Made by a program: the position numbers and the translations under genes. Below the pieces are notes generated by a model. That model did no database searches. It saw only the letters and a program-made list of their open reading frames with translations, and was not told the DNA's origin. 64,000 nucleotides of DNA from Dicyema japonicum (taxonomy: Eukaryota; Animalia; Dicyemida), in NCBI GenBank assembly GCA_011109175.1, contig RDEW01000025.1:279990-343989 (forward strand), read 5' to 3'. Below are positions 27,345-39,654 of this stretch, one piece after another (position 1 is the first letter of the stretch; each line of letters starts with the position of its first letter).

Positions 27345-27500
27345 ATGCTTTTTAAAACGAAAAAGCAAATGCCTTGGCTTTTGGCTTCAAGTACGTTCAG
27401 ACTTATTTGTCCACAATCAGTCAGTCTGTATAATCTATTGTTTAGTTTTTCTTTGACCAAGAATTTCCAAGGAGTTTTCTTAGTTGGCCTTTTGAAATTT
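27345..27500 (-). mobile_element. Short RTE-like fragment
   Basis: cttcaagtacgttcagactta.t.gtccacaatcagtc..tctgtataat is shared with about 9000-9050. Confidence 0.5.
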
Positions 27501-27507
27501 AATTTAT

Positions 27508-27800
27508 TAACCCCGGATACACCGAGAAAAAAGTAAAAGTAAACAACTAGTTAAGTGTATCCAGTTTCCACTTCTACAGAGTCCATCCGTAATCTCACAT
27601 AAAGGGTAAAAGACGTCCATTACATGCAGTTGTGGAAACCCTATAGTGGAGTAGCAAATGATCCTTTTTCGTGCCGGCCTGCCACTGGGCGTCAACTAGA
27701 CAGGTGGATTACATGACGCCATTCTAATAGGAAGAGTGAGGGGGAACAGACGATCAAACAGATACTTCAATCAATTAGCACCACATGGCGCCAGCGGCTA
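27508..27800 (-). repeat. SINE-like non-coding repeat, copy 2
   Basis: Colinear with 11026-11340. Confidence 0.65.
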
Positions 27801-27899
27801 ATTTAATTGTATCTTTCTTTGATGTCCTCCAAGTATTAACTAAATTTTTAATTTAAAATTATTATTTTTTAAATTAGTTAAAATTAATAATACTAGTGG

Positions 27900-29290
27900 T
27901 GTAATGATGGTTGGTTTTTCCCAGTCTGAAAAAGTCATTCCCATGGACGCGTCCACAGAATATTTAATAAATGGAGTTCGAGAAAGTGTGGATTTGCCTG
28001 TTCATGGCCATTTTAATGCCCAAGTCAATTACAGTAACGGTCCTCAACAGACCAGCTCAACTTTGTGTTCTCTGAATGCTATCTGCGACTCTATTGACTC
28101 TTCTAATCCCGGAGAATGGATCTCATCTCTTTAACTTGTGTCAAAGACCGCCTCAAACGAGTACCTAGAGGAGGGTGGCCATTCATAGCTAATTATTTTA
28201 ATTCTAAATTTGGAAAAAAGAAATCCGTTTATGAGTTGAAGAGACTTGTCTCCTGTCATCAGAGTAATAGTACAATACCTAAAATTGGAATTAAAATGGA
28301 TAAGGCACCTGATAAAGAGTTCACAGATTAACTCTCTCCTGTCTATCATCAAAAAGAAAAGCCTACATTCAATATTATTTGAATCACTTGAGAATGATAC
28401 ATTTGACATAAAATCATCGTCTACATGGATCACAAATGGAAATATTTCTCCCAAGTCTGAAGCGATGTTCTTTCTTTTGCAAGATAGGAATATCTTTTTC
28501 CGGGATCTTGGTCTAAAATGTCCACATTGTAATTCCTCGAAAAAAACTGTCGATCATTTGGCTACGAGGTGTAACAGAATGCTAAACTCAGACTATACAA
28601 GACGACACAATGAAATAGTTAAATGCATTCACATGCATTTAATCTAGAAAATTTGGATTTAAAAAAATCCAAAAAATTGAAGTCACATTCTATTCAAAGC
28701 ATCATCACAAATCAGCATGCCGAGATCCGGAGTTGATCGACCATTCCAACGGAGTCCAAAGTCCAATATAACAAGCCGGACATTTTCTTGTACGATAAGA
28801 AAATGAACCAAATATGGCTAATTGAAATTGGAGTAAACATCAATGGACAATCTCAAGGCTGTTGAAGTTAAAAAACTTCATAAATATGATATTCTGGCAA
28901 GTGAATTAGAAATAATTTACAAAGCCAAAGTAAAAATACTCCCAATTGTTCTTACCTGGGATGGAATTGTCTCCAGGTATTTCAAATCATACATGGACAT
29001 CATTGGAATTACGACCATCACCCGAGTGTACATCCAAACGATTGCGCTGAAGAAGACTTTAGAGAGCATGCTTGTAGAATATAAACACGGATTTGAACAA
29101 ATAACGATGGCGATTAACAATAATTGGGAAATGATGAAGAATCCTCTTACTGGATGCAATTTGGGAAAGAGGCGACGCGACACTGATAAAGAGTTGGATG
29201 ATCCAGAAAATAGGAGGGGAAGCGGAGATACTACCAAGGTCCCGGTAATGTTTGTGGGGGACAGACAGTAGACAGATATTGCACCCAAAA
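27900..29290 (+). mobile_element. R4/NeSL-like element with RT deleted (N-terminal region joined to CCHC + REL)
   Basis: N-terminal ..GGWPFIANYFNSKF.. directly precedes KCPHCNSSKKTVDHLATRC..YTRRHNEIVKCIH, NKPDIF and KLHKYDILASEL; no RT motifs between them. Confidence 0.75.
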
Positions 29291-29299
29291 AATCTTCCA

Positions 29300-30090
29300 G
29301 GATTCATTACACCATATGACATCCCGTAATCGACGCATTTCTGACGTCTTCAATGATTCTTTCCCATATACTTTTTTCTTGTATTGGTGTTCATTTAAGT
29401 AAACTCATGGTCTCAGAAGAAAACTTATTGATGTTTTCTTTTATGGCGGATGTTAGTGACTTCTACTTTACTCTATTGGGAGGTATGTTAATGTACACGG
29501 GGCAAACAAAGTTAACATCCAGTCTTCACGGTCGTCAATGAGACAGTCCTCAATACATGCCGATAAACAATCTGAGGCAGAAATAGGAGATCCTGATAAG
29601 TAATCTTCGAGAATAAGTCAGTTTGATGATCCAAAGGAATGTTGTCGGAGGGCAAATTTTGAGTTAGGAGAGTCGTTCTACCAGGAGAGAGACATGATTG
29701 GCGATGCCTGGATAAGTGGAATCCTAGGGAGCATGCAGCACATTTGATCGACTTTTTCGCAGGTCGAGTCATCTTTTGCAAGTTTTAACATCTTCCTTGT
29801 ATCGATCCACAAAAGGTTCGTTTTCTTGGTTCTCAACACCAAGCACGAACAACTTTACAGCCAACTATTGGGAACCATGCTGCCAATATCGCTCCCAATC
29901 ATCGATAGACCATGGCAGGCGAACTACACTCTGACAATCCTCGGAAGCAATGATTCTGATGTGCACGTCAATGAGGTCATCATCCCAATAACTTGTTTCC
30001 TCAAGGCAAGACGTGGAGCGCGGACACGAAGTACTGTTTTTTTATTTTGGTCTGATTATCCTACAGTGGGAAATTTTATCGATTATTATG
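29300..30090 (-). mobile_element. Probable LINE 5' remnant (PHD-like Zn finger / APE start)
   Basis: SIKCAACSLGFHL resembles the PHD fingers of LINE ORFs; heavily degenerate. Confidence 0.3.
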
Positions 30091-30296
30091 CTTTGGATTA
30101 ATTAGCATTACTGTTCTTCTTATATAAAGTGGGAGATCTGCCTAAGGTGGGTTTAAGTAAGGGAAACATTACCTACTCCTTAAATGTCCCCAGGAGGAGA
30201 CGGTCTAAAGGTCCTTCTTAGGTGGGCATTAGGTTCCTTCTGGGTGTTAGACCACATAAAGCCAAACTAATCGTTAATACAGAATTTATTTATTTA

Positions 30297-32940
30297 GAAC
30301 CCCTGGATCACCGAGAAAAACAGAAAAAACGTCATACAGTTAGGTAATCCCAGTTCCTTAATCAATCAGTCATCCAATGTCTGTGGTCTCCCATTGTTCC
30401 CGCTACCGTACGAAAGAGCATTATCTCATCCCTCTGAAGGAATCCGATTGGGGAAGGAACTTCTTAACCAATCGACTTTCTTCACATGGAAAAGGATAGG
30501 CAAGCGGGTTTCCATCCACCTCACAGACCAGAAGGAATCCGGCCCCACAATTAAGGGTCGTTGCTTCCGTTAATAGGGGGATTGACTGTTGATCCTATAT
30601 GAGGGTATGGTTTTCCGTTTATCGAGTTGAGTCTGTGGACCATAGTCTTGATAGCGGCAACCGTATTGCGCGCCCCCAGGTTAACAAGGCACTTTTCGCG
30701 TTCCTCACTGATACCAGGAGTGTGCACCGTAGGTGAGCATAGGCAACACCATAGCGTTGACGCCTTTGGCACATGCATCATGGCTCAGCTGAAAAGCCCT
30801 CATCGCACCAAACCTTTGCACAGCCCGCCTCTTAACAAGGGCGATGTGCTCTTGGTAGCTACACATAGAGTTGAAAGTCACTCCAAGGTATCTCGTCCGC
30901 CCAGTGACCTCTATAGGTACCCCATAGATGGTCACTCTATGTATTATATTATTAGACCGCTTAGGGCGGTCAAAGATTAATAATCTGATCTTTTCAATCC
31001 TGAGTCTTCTGCTTTCACACCAGAGTATGATTTCATCAACAGCAACTTGTATCCTCCGACACGCCACATCTGGTTCCACGAGTGATCTAGAGTACTATGT
31101 CATCAAAATAGACACCATCTCCGTCCTCACATTGACTGTGTGAGGAGCGTTGAAAAATAAATGTTAAAAAGGTTGGGCTCAACACCGACCCTTGTGGATC
31201 TGCAACCTTTGTGCTTCACATAATTCGTCCGGTCATCTAAGAAGCTGGAAATCCAACTTCTCAGCTCCATGGGAATTCCCGCCTCCATCAGGGCGCATCG
31301 AGACTGTCATGCCAGACCGAGTTGAACGCCCTCTCCACATCAAGAAATAGTGCAACTGTACACTACTCTATTATACTTTGGTCACGGATCTGAGAGCTCA
31401 ATCTCCAAAGGCAATTACGGAATCCCATCTGCAGATCGGATAGAGTGTCTTTTATTATGGATTCCTGGGCTAACCTCTGGTGTTTCAATCTTTCTAGGAT
31501 TTTAGCGATGGCAGGCAACAGGCTAATAGGGCGGTAGCAACCAGGATCTTCAAGGGGTTTTCCTGGTTTCCTTACAAAAACCGGTTCCACCCCGTTTCAA
31601 CACCTAGGAACGTAGTCTAACCTGAGGCTACCGTTTAACATCCTACCATTCCCTTCAGTAGACTTACCGGGGCTTTCTTTAAGAGGGCCATGGGAATCTT
31701 TTCCTGGCCCGGGGCATTGTTCTAGGACTTTTGTATAGCAGCTAGGACCTCTTCCATGGCTATTGCCTGGTAAGCAGCGCTAGAGCCCCCGAAAGCTGCA
31801 CAGTATGCGTCCCTCCGAAAAGATAACATCCTGCATGCACTGACGGGCAGACCTTTCGACAAATTCACTTGGACGAACTATCGAGATAGAACCAAAATTT
31901 ACTGCGAATATCTCCGCGGTCTCGGCAAGGTCCGAGGTTTTAGATCCATTCGATTGCGTGAGGCAGTCAATTGCATATTGACTTAGTTGTTTTAGGTGAA
32001 TCGAGAGACTTTGTGCAGGCCCGTGAGTTCTTTGATATGGCGATAACACCTAGACCTGGTTGTCTGAGAATAATTCTTAATAAGGTTTCTTTTTCGGCTT
32101 ATGGGCACATTGATATCCAGGTGTTTAGAGAATGTTTGAAGCTGATCGCAGGGAATGTTTCATAAGTAGGTTAGGCTGTATATGTGTTCTGGAGAAAGGC
32201 AACTGGTTCCATTTGCATCTTCCGACTCTGATTTACATTGTCAGCCTTTTGAATGGCACACTGATAATTTTTCCGGCTTTGTCTATCGAGTATAGTTGCG
32301 ACGAGAGTCTTTTGGCCAATTCTATGTCAACTAAGTGACCCCAGTCAGACCAATCAACCTTCCTAAAGTTTTTGAATCTTTTCACTTCAGTCTTCAGTGT
32401 CCAGAGTCTTCGAAATCCTCTTAACATGAGAAGAATGGGACTCTGGTAGCTGGAAAAGCCATAATTCACATTCCATGAAGCAAGTCATGTTAAAAAGGGA
32501 ACATAAGGTTAAATCGGGAGATATGCATCCATCAGTGCTCCTTAATTGGGTTCTTGTGTTCAATTTAGGGTCATTCAGGATAATCATATCAACAAGACCA
32601 TTTGCGATGAACTCGTCTGGGCTTTCAGGACTGTGGAGCAAGCCAAACGGGATGTCTTGCATTAAGGTCGCCACAAATTAGAAACTTCTTCAATGATGAG
32701 AGGAGTGGTAGATTGGGGATGTAGTATGTTGGACAGTCCTTGTAAGGAATGTATAAATTGACCAAATTAATCCAAAGAGAAGGGAACAGGTAATCTGCTC
32801 CATAGTATTATTAAGTCTCCACGTGGACCAGGGTTTGTTTCAATGTCGTCACATATGAGAATCTGGGGGAGAAGTTCATAGCTCTTTTTGTTCTTTCAGA
32901 ATGGATGACACCATCCAGGTGACCTACATGACACCACATC
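30297..32940 (-). mobile_element. Most complete LINE in the window: APE + RT + 3' UTR, frameshifted
   Basis: APE ..IILND..TR..ISPDLTL; RT KPGKPLEDPGCYRPISLLPAIAKILERL, RYLGVTFNS, VLPMLTYGA..W; 3' end ..ctcggtgatccagggg at about 30297. Confidence 0.8.
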
Positions 32941-33027
32941 AATCACATGTTAAAAAATCAAAGTTATGAATTAGCATAATGAATTTCTTTAAAGTAACAA
33001 ATTTATTCAAAAAACAAAAAAAATTAT

Positions 33028-33700
33028 TCAAAAATTAGAAGAACGTACTCCCCGAACAACAAAATTACCATCTAGTATTATATTAATATTACTTATAAGA
33101 GAATCATCACTTAAAGTGAATATGATGAAGTTCTTCTTATAAATGCCCATGTGCAGTGAATAATTACTGAGTTGAAAGGTACATCTTTCCAAGGGATTCC
33201 CATCTTTTTTACATGGCCTCATAAAGTTATTCATTTATCGCAATATCGTCGAAGTCTACTTTGTCCCCAGTCCCTGATTTTGCGATAGCCTAACATTACA
33301 TATTCGAACTACCAGAAAAGTCGACCTGTCATACAGGGCCGCCTGTTCGATCGAAAAATCCAACCTGAACTCATCCAGATCCCTCTGAATCTCTTCAATG
33401 TTGGGGATCAGAGTGCTCACACTTGCGACCATGCATCATAAAGAGATGAATCCATTATTGACGTAGGGAAGCATAACACGTCGAAATCCTCGCAGGTATC
33501 AGAGACCAGTGTCTTCCAATGGTCAAAGACTTCCTTTCTCTTTTCATTGGGGATGAGGTCGATCTCTGATCAGTGAGGATTATTATCACAATTTTCTCAC
33601 GTTCAAATATTCCAATGAAATATACCAACCTTTAGCATTTTCTTGAAAGCAAGGGGTAATAATAATAATATTTCGAGAATGCATTGTTTCAGCCCAAAAC
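33028..33700 (-). CDS. RRAGA: RagA/B (Gtr1)-like GTPase; C-terminal G-domain end and roadblock domain recognisable
   Basis: IDLIP..CFPTSIMDSSLYDAWSQVVSTLIPNIEEIQ..ALYDRSTFL ~ human RRAGA [38 protein letters not shown] (from memory). A 23-nt intron at 33290-33312 and two 1-nt frameshifts. The 5' exons are not resolved, and A versus B cannot be distinguished. Confidence 0.75.
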
Positions 33701-34847
33701 TATATTAAAAAAAGGATGAACTAGTTCTAACGTGTCTTTACTTTCCCTTACAATTCATCCCTTCTCATAGTAAAACTAACTCCTAGATGTTGAGGATTTA
33801 TTATCGGAATTCATACCAATTGCTTGTTTCCAAAACATGAGAAAATCATGCATAACAAGATTATCCAATATTATGAAATAATTAAAATCAACATTACGGA
33901 TAATTTCATATTTTCACTAAATTGTCATATTTCAAAATTTGGCGATATTAGCAAAATAATCATAAGTTTTGATTGAACTTTCGAATATAATCATTTGCAT
34001 CTATAAACCTCTCAAAACACAGGCAGAAATGATTTGGGGCAAATTTTCAATATTTGATTTTTTGTCAGTAATGTTTGTCAAATTTTATATATTTGTCACA
34101 ACCCTGATCATTCTTATGATTATTTACATTCTTTTAGAAGAAACCGTACATTGTTGACTTAGTAGTTTATTTTTGTTAATGACAAAATAATTATATGAAC
34201 TCTTTTATTAGTAGAACTCAGCGGGAACTCTAAAGAAAAAAATACGGAACTTGAGAGATAAATGGTCTTCCAGCCTGTCGCAGTCGATCCTTATAGGACC
34301 TTAGTCTCTCTCTTCCAGTTGTGCCATAGAATCTTTGATAGAAAATAAAGTAGGCATAGCAGAGAGATAGAAGGCGCATTTTCATACAATCGTATGAGGG
34401 AAGGACTCAATAACGAGAATTAAGACTCGTTTATCCGGACCTCTTCAATTGAGGCTGATGAGATCTATCAGATGTTTTTTTTTATTTAGAATATTGTGAT
34501 TTCCAATGTCTCCCGAGTCAATTAAAAGGGTGATGAGAAGATATATCCATTTTGAAAAGATGGAGACATTAAGTGTAATAGAGCTAGGCTATAGTGTGAG
34601 TGAAACACATATGAGTAAAAGATATGAGTGAAACACAGCCTTTTAAGTATCACGTGTATCCACATTCGCCATTGTGGGAGCCAATCCATTTGAGTAGAGG
34701 AAAGGATCCATTTTGACTCCCTTATCTACTTGTATGATTCCATATATAGATAATCCACAGAGACACCATCAGCTATATTCCCTCTCAAATTGTAAGCAAA
34801 ACACGCTCGAATAGTCAGAATTCCTTCGTAGAGGCCCGATTATATAA

Positions 34848-35650
34848 AGTAAACCCTCATTAATCCGAACTTCTATAATCCGAAAACTTCAATAAACCGA
34901 ATTTTTTTGATGGGTCAGTAAAATTTTACAAAATTCCATACAAACAGGCTTCAATAAACCGAACCTTCATAATCTGCCACATGGTTAGAAAGAGATTCGA
35001 AATTTCTATTGCATAGAAAAGAAAGATTTTTGAAATAAAAATAAACCTTTATTTTGGAATTTCGATACTTTCAGAAATTTTTAAAAATTGTGAAAAACGG
35101 AAAATTTGTGAAACTTTGATTAACAAGTCAAAACAGTTGGAAACATCAACAACTTAATAATTCACTTGTTGAATGGATAGCATCTTAGTGATTAATTAAA
35201 ATGTTTTATGAAAAATTCTTTTTGGCTGATTGATAATTCTCCATGCCACGTTTTAACGAAATTTTTGAAGAATTGAAATTTTAATCCTTCAAAAAAACAA
35301 AACTGTTTTTCTTCAACCGCTGGACGCAGGCATAATCAAGAACTTTAAGCATAGAAAAAGGTTTATTTTGAATTATATGAAAGTCCTTGATTTGGAAAAT
35401 AATTTTTTTGGAATTTAAGGAAGGCCATCATTATGGTGCAGAGACAGTCAAATGTCTTGATTAATTTGATAGTGAAGATATGCAAGATTCTGTTTTGAAT
35501 GACTACCGAAAATAACTGGAAGAACTTGCTAATGAAGGAGAATAACTCAAACAGAAATTCTCGACGAGAACGAATTCGTCATTTTTAATATTTCACAATT
35601 TTAATTTTACTATTAAAAAACAAAAAAATTAATTTCTCCATACAAAATAT
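34848..35650 (+). mobile_element. pogo/Tigger DDE_1 transposon remnant
   Basis: TIR-like aGTAAACCCTCATTAATCCG start; LIDNSPCH and LQPLDAGIIKNFK motifs. Confidence 0.65.
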
Positions 35651-35690
35651 TACTCTGTGATTTACAAATTCTCCCCTTCCCGTGATCGAG

Positions 35691-36346
35691 TTAAGATTCA
35701 CACAAAAATAACTCAAATAATACTTTAGTGTAAACACCCAATCGTCTTAAAGGCGCCGCAGCAAATAAAGTATGGAAGGCAATATCAAGAGCATCAGCGA
35801 TATTTCTGGGGGGAGAATCATTAATTCTGTAAGTGAGGTGAATATATTTACGCTTAGATAACCTATCCATAACCGAGCTCTGAGAAGGTCCAATACAGAA
35901 TATGCTTTTTATGAATATACTCGCGTTAGCGTCTAATTTGATCATTTTAGCAAAGCCTGATTCAAGACCGAGGATTATGACTTCCTTGAATATAAAAAGT
36001 CAACACCGTCCTTTCTGAGTGACCTAGCATGTACGTCCTAAGCTTGGTCGCAAAATTGGTCAGCGATATGCCGTGTCGATATTCTTCAAATATTGACTTT
36101 TATTTATTATAACGTCAACTTGGCATAATTTTCGGATATGTTGTATAAATCTATAATTTCACGTGCTACTCTCCGGCCATTCCAACAGCGAGAGACGGTG
36201 TGATTTGAAATATTCTACAACAAGGTTGTTCGCCATCAGAAATTATTAAAAAATTACATTGAGGAAGATTATTGTCCATGAACAGTATCAGAGGCAATTA
36301 TGGCAGAATTGGGATACTGAAATGCTATTATTGCATTAGCCGTCAT
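35691..36346 (-). CDS. Divergent proteasome beta-type subunit (non-catalytic, most like beta3)
   Basis: MTANAIIAFQYPNSAIIASD, IFQITPSLAVGMAG, EVIILGL..KMIKLDANAS..FCIG..VMDRL, ALDIAFHTLFAAA follow the Ntn beta-subunit order; short introns or frameshifts are needed. Confidence 0.55.
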
Positions 36347-37286
36347 TTGTAATTATTACTCAATCATTTTTAATTTTGTTTACAGTTTCAAATTTATTTT
36401 AATCAAAAAATAAAATTTAATTTTAATATAAAATTTGTTGTTTAATATTCGCATTTTGATAATTTGATTTTTTTTATTTTTTTTCGGACCAAGATCGTTC
36501 ACAAAAAGACTCACACCCAACATAAAGAAAATGAAATGAAGAGCATTACTTGGTTCTCCTAGTTAGGATAGCTTTTCCTACTTGAATAGAGTGTGTCGTG
36601 TGTGGGATGCTCTATAGCTATATGGCTCTTCGATAAGTGCAGTATTTATTAGTGATTGATTGGGTTGAAGGGAGGAGTCTGGGAAGTACAAGATTGAACC
36701 CGGCTAACATGTTCAAGGGCATAATTGAACATATCCTCATATAACTACCGTCACTGGCTGTGATAAAGTTTAGGTTGATAATTCGATTTTACAGTTAAAG
36801 CGTTCAAGCGTATGACCAAAAGTAAGGTTACTGGTTGAGACGGTTAAATACGAGCCATAAGTATCTGACCTTAACAAAGCGTTCTTGCTGTCATTTAGAC
36901 AGTAAAACAAACGCGGGAGAGATATAATTCTATTGTCAAAACAAACTCGTTACTGACTAAGTAACAGGGAGAAACACGAGTTTGTACCAGATGATGGGGT
37001 TCCTATAACGAGACACCACATGTCTCCTCTTCAAATTATGGACCCTTGCACTAAACAAGACTTAAATTATAATTCTTTGAGCCACTCTACACTGCCCACC
37101 AGATGAAATATATGATTTCATAGCATCACTCGTAAAGAGAGGGAAAAAAAAGCAATTCGATCAAGTATCTAGTGGGAGAGTCGAACACAAGTAGCGATCG
37201 GGTGAATCGAATCCTTGAAGTATTGTTATGAGCACCTTAGGCACTAATGAAATAAAAAAAATATTTATTTATACAAAAATAAAATA

Positions 37287-38362
37287 TCACAAAACTCGAG
37301 AACACATTAAAGTGATGCGAAACCCAGTCGGAATCTCACAAACAGGCAGAATACAATCATTCACTATATTCCAACATTTCAAAGCCCCATCTGACGAACA
37401 GCTCACCAACAAATCATTACCCTCAAAACTCCGAAACAGCAACCCCGTGAATCTGATTTGATGTATACAATTGAACCTTCCAACGTGAGCTGTATGTGTG
37501 GACAGCAACACAGTGTCCATGCATTTATAAACGAACAACTCCCCACAAGAGAGACCAACAACGAGAACAATTATCCTAAAGTAGAATAACCACCAAAACC
37601 AACATCATAATCAACAGCAGTGACAAAATAGGACATCTCGAAGTCTATGGGTTTCGCCAAAACTAGGGATTTTACGACCTTTACCATAAATCATTAAAAT
37701 ACAGATTGGAACACAACGGAATGAGAGTAAACAATTATATAATAATAACACCAGAGACCATGGTTACTAAAACTAACAAATGACGTGATCCCAGCACGCT
37801 AGCAGGGACCTCATCTTGGCCCGATGCTCCTCCCTCGTCCCCACACAAGGACGTATCGGTCGAATGACTGGACCTTCGCAGTCACAAAGGCGTGTTCCGT
37901 GGTTCATTCTTATCAAGGCTTCAAGAGGCATTGGTGGTTTGATTTCTCTAGGAATATAAATATCCTCTTCGTGAAAACCTTCCCATTTTATTTCCGTAGC
38001 TAAAATAAGTAAATATTAAATAAAATAATTTAAATTAATTATAAATAAAAATTAAAATATTAAATAAACATATAAATTAAACCTCCCTTCACCTTTGTGG
38101 TGTGAATTGATTTTCCAGAAGTCAGATTCCAAAGCTTAAGAGCACCAACAAGCGATAGGGATGGCAACAATTTCCCACAGGGGTGGATGGCCATGGAATC
38201 AACGGCGGATCTAAAATGATTACTTTAAACTTGTGTTTTTCATGCTTTTTAAAACAGTTCCAGTTTCTCGTGTTAAAACTGAGTTGAGTTATCTTCAGAA
38301 CAGCTGAATAAATGGGTCGACGACTGAAAGTAGAGGGAAATCACAACAACGTGGAGCGAACA
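37287..38362 (-). CDS. PAK1IP1: PAK1IP1/Mak11-like WD40 protein (5' exons not found)
   Basis: HLFSCSED; NWNCFK..H..AVDSMAIHPCGKLL..LKLWNLTSGK ~ LSIHPSGKLALS..LRTWNLVEGR; AHVGR..LLVSCSSDGALKCWNI..VCEIPTGFRITLM ~ AHENR..IVSASSDGFIKMWKL..LCEINTNARLTCL. A 24-nt intron at 37453-37476 and a larger intron starting at 38082. Confidence 0.75.
37775..37990 (-). mobile_element. LINE 3' fragment inside a PAK1IP1-like intron
   Basis: EIKPPMPLEALIRMNHGTR matches about 10430-10480; it ends gggatcacgtca + TTAG-like tail, as at 14510-14530. Confidence 0.65.
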
Positions 38363-38509
38363 CATACTTAAATTGGAGGAATAATTTTATATTATTTTTT
38401 AAATTTTTATTTTAATAAATTTAAAATATTTTATTTCTTATTTATTAATTAAATTAAAAATTTGTAAAATTTCTTTACTTTAACGTTAAAATCAAATTTT
38501 TTTGTTAAG

Positions 38510-39600
38510 GTGGTAACTATCTAGACTCAGAATTTCGACATTATGGTCTTGGATTTGCTGTCAACCTTGTACACGTGTATGTGCTGTCTCGGATCGTATT
38601 GCAGTCATGCAAAGTTCGGAACAAACCCAATTCTGTATTTCTATCATCAATGTCTATGCTCCGACAGCTACTCGGGTTGATGCCGACCCTGAAGAGCTCG
38701 AAGCGTTCTACTCATGTTTGACTGGGACATATGACTCACTTTCGCCATAATTTCTGACGTTCATTGGTTGTGACTGGAATGCTAGAGTTTGTAAAGTGAG
38801 GAATGGGGAGACTTGTATTGGATCGCATTCTCGGAGCTGCCGAAATTCCTCTGGTGTTTCATTAGTCCAATTATGCGAATCCTACAACTTATTTATTTCG
38901 AATACTGCTATTGATCATCCAGCAAGACAAAACTTGTTAAGTTTGTTAAAGTAAGGACAACAATGGGGACCTGATCAAAATATTCAACCATTCGACTATA
39001 TCTTGTGTAAAAGTGACAAAAACCTTATACGAAACTCGAGATTTTATGATGGCCTCGAACGTCCAGTGACCACAAACTAGCAATCGCTTGATTCTCTTTA
39101 GAGAGTTTATATAAACCTGCAAGACGTGGAAACCCAGAGCTTGAAAGATTTTATATGGAACAAAGATACGCCGAAAAACTCAGAGAGGCGTTGAAGTCCA
39201 CTGAAGAATACCACGGCTTTGATTTTGGGCACTCCTAATAAAAATAGTCACAAATTCTTATCACATGGACTAGGTGGATTCAGAGATGGAAGGTATACCG
39301 CTGACATCGTCTGGACACACAGATGGTCTGGAACTTTACGTCAAAAATACAAGATGTATAGAAATTCTTGGGATCGGCATGTCTCGTGCATTAATTCTGT
39401 CCACTGACGCTCACAAGGGGAGGGAAGACAAGGGCCTTCACCCGTAATTAACAAAGTAGTCATTTTACGCATGGAAATACGTCAAAACTCATCGGTACTT
39501 TACCAATTAAGCGATTCCGGTGTTATGATGGAAGATAACATTTGGGCGACTTGTCTACCAGTTTTTTTCATGCAATTTTCTTCTCACACGCTTTCATAGT
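38510..39600 (+). mobile_element. RTE-like LINE APE endonuclease remnant
   Basis: GLGFAVN..RIAV..SIINVYAPT..EAFYS..DWNARV..RNSSG..NLFISNT; later ILCK..R.SDH-like region. Confidence 0.7.
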
Positions 39601-39654
39601 TTATTTGTGTTAATTGAAATGAAATTATTCCACAGACCGATAATAAAACCAAAT

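Noticed and set aside
36955-37021. P-loop-like CLVIGTPSSGTNS as the missing RagA N-terminus
   Set aside because: It lacks GKT, the following sequence does not match Rag, and the proteasome gene lies between it and the Rag exons.
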